Assembly (NCBI GenBank): GCA_016219325.1
Contig: JACRNH010000024.1
Coordinates: 1,789-65,788 of the forward strand
Reading direction: 5' to 3'
DNA: 64,000 nucleotides
Source: Candidatus Collierbacteria bacterium
GTDB lineage: Bacteria > Patescibacteriota > Microgenomatia > UBA1400 > JACPES01
Shown here: in pieces, positions 60,074-64,000 of the stretch
How positions within the stretch are numbered: position 1 is the stretch's first letter
Layout of the letters: every line of letters begins with the position of its first letter
Translations under genes and position numbers: made by a program
Notes under the pieces: model-generated
Told to the model about the DNA's origin: nothing
The model's database searches: none
The model's input: the letters and a program-made list of their open reading frames with translations, nothing else

Positions 60074-61027
60074 ATGAATCAAAAATCACAAATAATTTTA
60101 TATCAGACACCCGACGGTCAGTTGAAAGTCCAAGTAACACTGGAGAAAGAAACCGTTTGGTTGAATCAAGACCAGATATCACAGCTTTTCCAAACAGATA
60201 GGACTAATGTTTTTAAACACATAAAAAATATTTTTGAGACTGGAGAATTAGATCAAACTACAACTTGTGCAAAATTTGCACAACATCTACCAGACGGAAG
60301 AGTTTATAGCGTACTTCATTACAATTTAGACGTAATAATTTCAGTTGGATATCGGGTAAATTCTTATCGCGGTACGCAATTTCGGATTTGGGCAACTAAA
60401 ACTTTAAAAGAATACATGATTAAAGGTTTCGTGATGGATGATGAAAGGTTATCTCAAGGAAAAACAGGAGATAGATTTAATTATTATGATGAACTTTTAG
60501 AACGTGTTCGGGCAATCAGAGCATCGGAAAAGAATTTATACGAAAAAGTAAAAGAAATTTTTGCCACCAGCGTGGACTATAACTCTAAAACAAAAGACGC
60601 CATTAGATTTTTCGCCACTGTCCAAAATAAGTTTCACTACGCGATTACCGGATACACCGCGGCGGAGCTAATTATTAAAAGAGCCAGCGGAAGGCAAAAA
60701 AACTTGGGAATGACTAATTGGAAGGGTAAAAGCATTGTCAAAAGTGACGCGTTAATTGCCAAAAATTACATGCTGGAGAGAGAACTCCGTCAACTGTATC
60801 TGTTAGTAGAGCAGTTTTTATCTTTTGCCGAACTTCAGATTGAGAGAGAAAGACCGATGTATATGAGCGATTGGAGAGAAGCGCTTGACGAGTTTTTAAC
60901 ATTAAATAGGTTGGAATTGCTGAAGGGAAAGGGTGGAATATCGCGTCAGAAGATGGAAAAGTTTATTAGGAATGAATTAAAGAAATATAAAAAAGTTTTA
61001 CGGTTGTCTTTAAGGAAAAGAATATGA
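60074..61027 (+). CDS. RhuM-family (virulence/DNA-binding) protein
   Basis: ETVWL, HIKNIF..GEL, YNLDVIISVGYRVNS.RGTQFRIWAT..LKEY..KGF..DDERL, IRASEK, VQNK.H, AKNY. Confidence 0.92.
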   Translation: MNQKSQIILYQTPDGQLKVQVTLEKETVWLNQDQISQLFQTDRTNVFKHIKNIFETGELDQTTTCAKFAQHLPDGRVYSVLHYNLDVIISVGYRVNSYRGTQFRIWATKTLKEYMIKGFVMDDERLSQGKTGDRFNYYDELLERVRAIRASEKNLYEKVKEIFATSVDYNSKTKDAIRFFATVQNKFHYAITGYTAAELIIKRASGRQKNLGMTNWKGKSIVKSDALIAKNYMLERELRQLYLLVEQFLSFAELQIERERPMYMSDWREALDEFLTLNRLELLKGKGGISRQKMEKFIRNELKKYKKVLRLSLRKRI

Positions 61028-61494
61028 ACATCGCAGCACATGGACTTTGGGGGGCGGCGCTAACCCCAAAAAAACAATCAAAAGAGTTAAAATGGTCGAC
61101 ATTCTGGAGCATATTTCCGGATCTGCCGTTTTTGACAGCATTTGTTCCTTACTCAATATGGAATAGTTTGTTTGTTTTTTCGGATTGGTCTGATTTACCA
61201 AAGATCATTTTTTATATTTACGGTATTTCCCACAGTTTGATAATTTGGGGAATAGTTGCGATTGTGTTGTTGCTGTCTAAAAAATGGCACTGGCCGATTA
61301 TATTTTGGCTATTTCATATCTTGGTCGATATTCTGGGTCACATATCTTTTCAAACCCCATTTTTATTTCCGATTTCAGAGATGTCGCTACGGGGAATTTT
61401 CAGTTGGGACAATTATGCGATAAGCACTTTATCTTATTTAATTCCTCTAATAATAATCGTTTCAAAGTTTTCTTTAAAGCCAAAAAATGATTAA
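61024..61494 (+). CDS. Membrane-bound metal-dependent hydrolase-like protein (YdjM-like)
   Basis: N-terminal H, PD, HS, H.LVD..H and FP motifs. Confidence 0.7.
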   Translation: MNIAAHGLWGAALTPKKQSKELKWSTFWSIFPDLPFLTAFVPYSIWNSLFVFSDWSDLPKIIFYIYGISHSLIIWGIVAIVLLLSKKWHWPIIFWLFHILVDILGHISFQTPFLFPISEMSLRGIFSWDNYAISTLSYLIPLIIIVSKFSLKPKND

Positions 61495-63520
61495 GAGGCA
61501 ATTGTTTCAATTAATTAATTGGAGAGAAATTAAACCATATCTGGTATTTTCTTTAATCTGGCTGATTTTTTCCTACCCCTTCTTTTTCCGGGGCCGGATT
61601 CCGGCCCCGTTGGATTTTTTGGTAGATTTTTATTCTCCTTGGGAGCAGTACTATAATCTTCCGGTCAAAAATTCATCACTTTCAGACGTAGTCTCGCAAA
61701 TTATTCCCTGGAAATTATTTAACGCCCAAGAACTGAAAGCTGGCAGAATCCCTATTTGGAATTCATATAATCTTGGCGGAACCCCACAACTTGGAAATTG
61801 GCAAAGCGGAGTATTCTATCCGACCACGCTGTTATTTTTAGTTTTGCCTGAAACGATGGCTTGGTCATTTCATATTCTGCTTCAACCTTTGTTAGCCGGA
61901 CTATTTATGCTTTTATTCCTGCGTTCTCTATCTCTATCTCCAATCTCAAGTCTGCTTGGTGCGATTGTATTTTCCTATGGCGGTTTTATGACATCGTGGT
62001 TTGAGTGGGGAACTCTTGGTCATGCGATTCTATGGTTGCCGTTGGCGTTGTATGGAATAGACAGAGTAAAAAGTAAAGAGCAAAGAGTAAAAAGCAATGA
62101 AACTAACGTTAAGATTTCTCTTTTGACAATTATCGCGATAACAATGTCGTTACTGGCCGGCCACCCACAGACTTCGATATACCTTATGATTACGATTATT
62201 GGATACTTTTTGTATAGAAATTGGTCTTTAAACAAATTTAGATTGTTACTATTTACTAATTACTATTTACTAATTCCTATTTTCCTCGCTGCCCCTCAAG
62301 TTTTTCCTTCAATCCAAGTGTATATGGAGTCGGCTAAAAACCTGATAGACGGCTCCGGCTGGGCCAGGGCATTCTTGATTAAACCGGAAAATTTACTAAC
62401 GTTCTTCTCTCCTGATTTTTTCGGAAATCCGGTAACCAGAAATAATTGGGGAAGTTTCTCTTATGTTGAGATGGGTGGATATATAGGAATAGCATCCCTG
62501 TTTTTAGCGATAACGGGAATGTTCATGACTTTTAGAAAAACTAAATTTTATATCTTATTGATTTTTGCCGCGTTGATTTTTTCGGTTGATAGTCCCGTCA
62601 GCAGATTGTTAATTGAACTTAGAATTCCGGTAATTTCCAGTTCCAGTCCTTCAAGATTAATTGGAATTGTCGATTTCGGCTTGGCGGTTCTGGCGGCGTT
62701 TGGTCTGAATTATATTTCTGAAATATCCAAAAAGAAACAAATAAAATTATTAGTCAAAATTATTATTGCCATAACTTTAGTTTTTTCCGGAATGTGGATT
62801 TGGACTTATATTTCAAATAATCCTAACGTTCCGGTAACCAGAAGGAATTTAATTTTCCCCTCTATAATATTCAGTGCTGCCATTGCAATAATCGTTAATT
62901 TATTCTTTTCCCCCAAAAGAGTACGTTCATTACTCATTATTTTCTACTCATTACTTTCTATTCTCGACCTTTTCCGCTTTTATCTTAAATTTAATCCTTT
63001 TGCGCTGTCTCAATATTGGTATCCGGATGTTCCGGTGCTGTCGGAATTACGCAAAAGAACGGGCAGAGTTTTCGGCGGGTTTGAAGGAAATATGAATATT
63101 CAGTATCAGATTAAAACAATAGAGGGATATGATCCTTTGATTAACAAAGAAATTGTCAGGATGACGTATACTCCGGAAGAGCTTTCGAAAAAAAACCGTA
63201 TAGTCAGCCCGGATTTCCCTAAAGGCGATCCGGCGACAATTGAGCTACTAAATAAAATGGGAGTCAAGTGGATTGTGGACTATTCGGTTCCGGGAAATGG
63301 GCCTTGGGATTTAAGATTGTGGAATTACGGAGACCAGTTCAGGATTGATTGGAAAGATGCCAGCTACCAGATTCTTTACAATACAAAAGCGGTGGCAGAG
63401 GAGTTTGAGCCTATAATTAAAATGAAAGATTCGCAATATTTTCTATTTAAATTAGGATTGGCAGTTTCCGCAGTTGCCTGTTTTGGTATTCTATTTGGAT
63501 ATAAAAAATATGTTAAGTAA
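61487..63520 (+). CDS. YfhO-family membrane protein (GT-C-like)
   Basis: PIWN..GGTP, GHPQ, PDFFGNP, GYDPL; paralogue of 40281-42488. Confidence 0.85.
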   Translation: MIKRQLFQLINWREIKPYLVFSLIWLIFSYPFFFRGRIPAPLDFLVDFYSPWEQYYNLPVKNSSLSDVVSQIIPWKLFNAQELKAGRIPIWNSYNLGGTPQLGNWQSGVFYPTTLLFLVLPETMAWSFHILLQPLLAGLFMLLFLRSLSLSPISSLLGAIVFSYGGFMTSWFEWGTLGHAILWLPLALYGIDRVKSKEQRVKSNETNVKISLLTIIAITMSLLAGHPQTSIYLMITIIGYFLYRNWSLNKFRLLLFTNYYLLIPIFLAAPQVFPSIQVYMESAKNLIDGSGWARAFLIKPENLLTFFSPDFFGNPVTRNNWGSFSYVEMGGYIGIASLFLAITGMFMTFRKTKFYILLIFAALIFSVDSPVSRLLIELRIPVISSSSPSRLIGIVDFGLAVLAAFGLNYISEISKKKQIKLLVKIIIAITLVFSGMWIWTYISNNPNVPVTRRNLIFPSIIFSAAIAIIVNLFFSPKRVRSLLIIFYSLLSILDLFRFYLKFNPFALSQYWYPDVPVLSELRKRTGRVFGGFEGNMNIQYQIKTIEGYDPLINKEIVRMTYTPEELSKKNRIVSPDFPKGDPATIELLNKMGVKWIVDYSVPGNGPWDLRLWNYGDQFRIDWKDASYQILYNTKAVAEEFEPIIKMKDSQYFLFKLGLAVSAVACFGILFGYKKYVK

Positions 63521-64000
63521 ATATTTATTGCCCCCGGATGTTTTTATCCGCCATTGGTTAGTGGCTAGAGAAATAAAAAGCAATTTGAGTTCGAGAACAG
63601 CTTCAATTTTAGACGTTGGCGGATCATTGGGCGAAATGAGAAAATTTTTGCCTAATTTAAAAGTCGTGACTACTGATGTGGTAGCAGGAGCAGACGTCCT
63701 TTATGACGGCCATAAGCTCCCATTTCAGAAAGGGGAATACGATTATGTAGTTTCTGTTGACACTCTTGAGCATATTCCTGCTGGCAGAAGATTAAATTTG
63801 CTTTCTCAAATGAATAATATCTCTTTAAAAAAAGTGATCGCAATTGCCCCTTTTGCTTCAAAAGAACACGAAAAATATGAAGATGAATTGGTTAGAAGAT
63901 TTACTAAGGCAAATCAGCCTGTCCCTCCGTATCTTGCCGAACACCGGAAATTTGGATTATTGACATTGGATCAGCTTGAAGATGCCGTGAAGAAACATAA
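63510..64000 (+). CDS. Class I SAM-dependent methyltransferase (3' truncated by window edge)
   Basis: Translated by hand: MLSKYLLPPD...ILDVGGSLG...LPF...YDYVVSVDTLEHIP; no stop before end of window. Confidence 0.85.
   Translation, partial: MLSKYLLPPDVFIRHWLVAREIKSNLSSRTASILDVGGSLGEMRKFLPNLKVVTTDVVAGADVLYDGHKLPFQKGEYDYVVSVDTLEHIPAGRRLNLLSQMNNISLKKVIAIAPFASKEHEKYEDELVRRFTKANQPVPPYLAEHRKFGLLTLDQLEDAVKKH

Noticed and set aside
63670-63861. 63-aa minus-strand ORF
   Set aside because: Lies opposite the methyltransferase that runs off the window end

Overview
Low-GC bacterial DNA whose gene content and style (compact rpoBC, cohesin/dockerin surface proteins, ATG-proximal promoters, a very large glycosyltransferase locus) point to a Patescibacteria/CPR genome, probably Microgenomates. 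That assignment is inference. From left to right: the 3' part of a type ISP-like restriction-modification gene; rpoB-rpoC behind a switchable leader; a cohesin(LPxAG)/dockerin pair; rmuC; metG; a processive-type GT2; a T-box riboswitch separated from argS by an antisense pair of tiny membrane ORFs; a ~1.2 kb AT-rich cassette bounded by 66-bp inverted repeats next to a stand-alone GIY-YIG nuclease and tRNA-Glu/tRNA-Gln; Nramp, thermonuclease, prmC and uppP; then ~39 kb of surface-glycosylation genes (ugd, rmd/gmd, Wzx, five polyprenyl-phosphate sugar synthases, ~14 GT-C-type membrane proteins). The most striking unannotated layer is a dense population of tiny non-autonomous elements. These are several families of 27-48 bp palindromes (often closed by GCGAAGC-type mini-hairpins) and degenerate 7/8/9-mer tandem tracts. 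They sit in-frame inside essential and accessory proteins, supply stop/start codons at gene junctions, and nest inside one another. No transposase, integrase or reverse transcriptase is encoded in the window; the tRNA-linked GIY-YIG nuclease is the only local candidate enzyme. All coordinates and alignments were done by eye.
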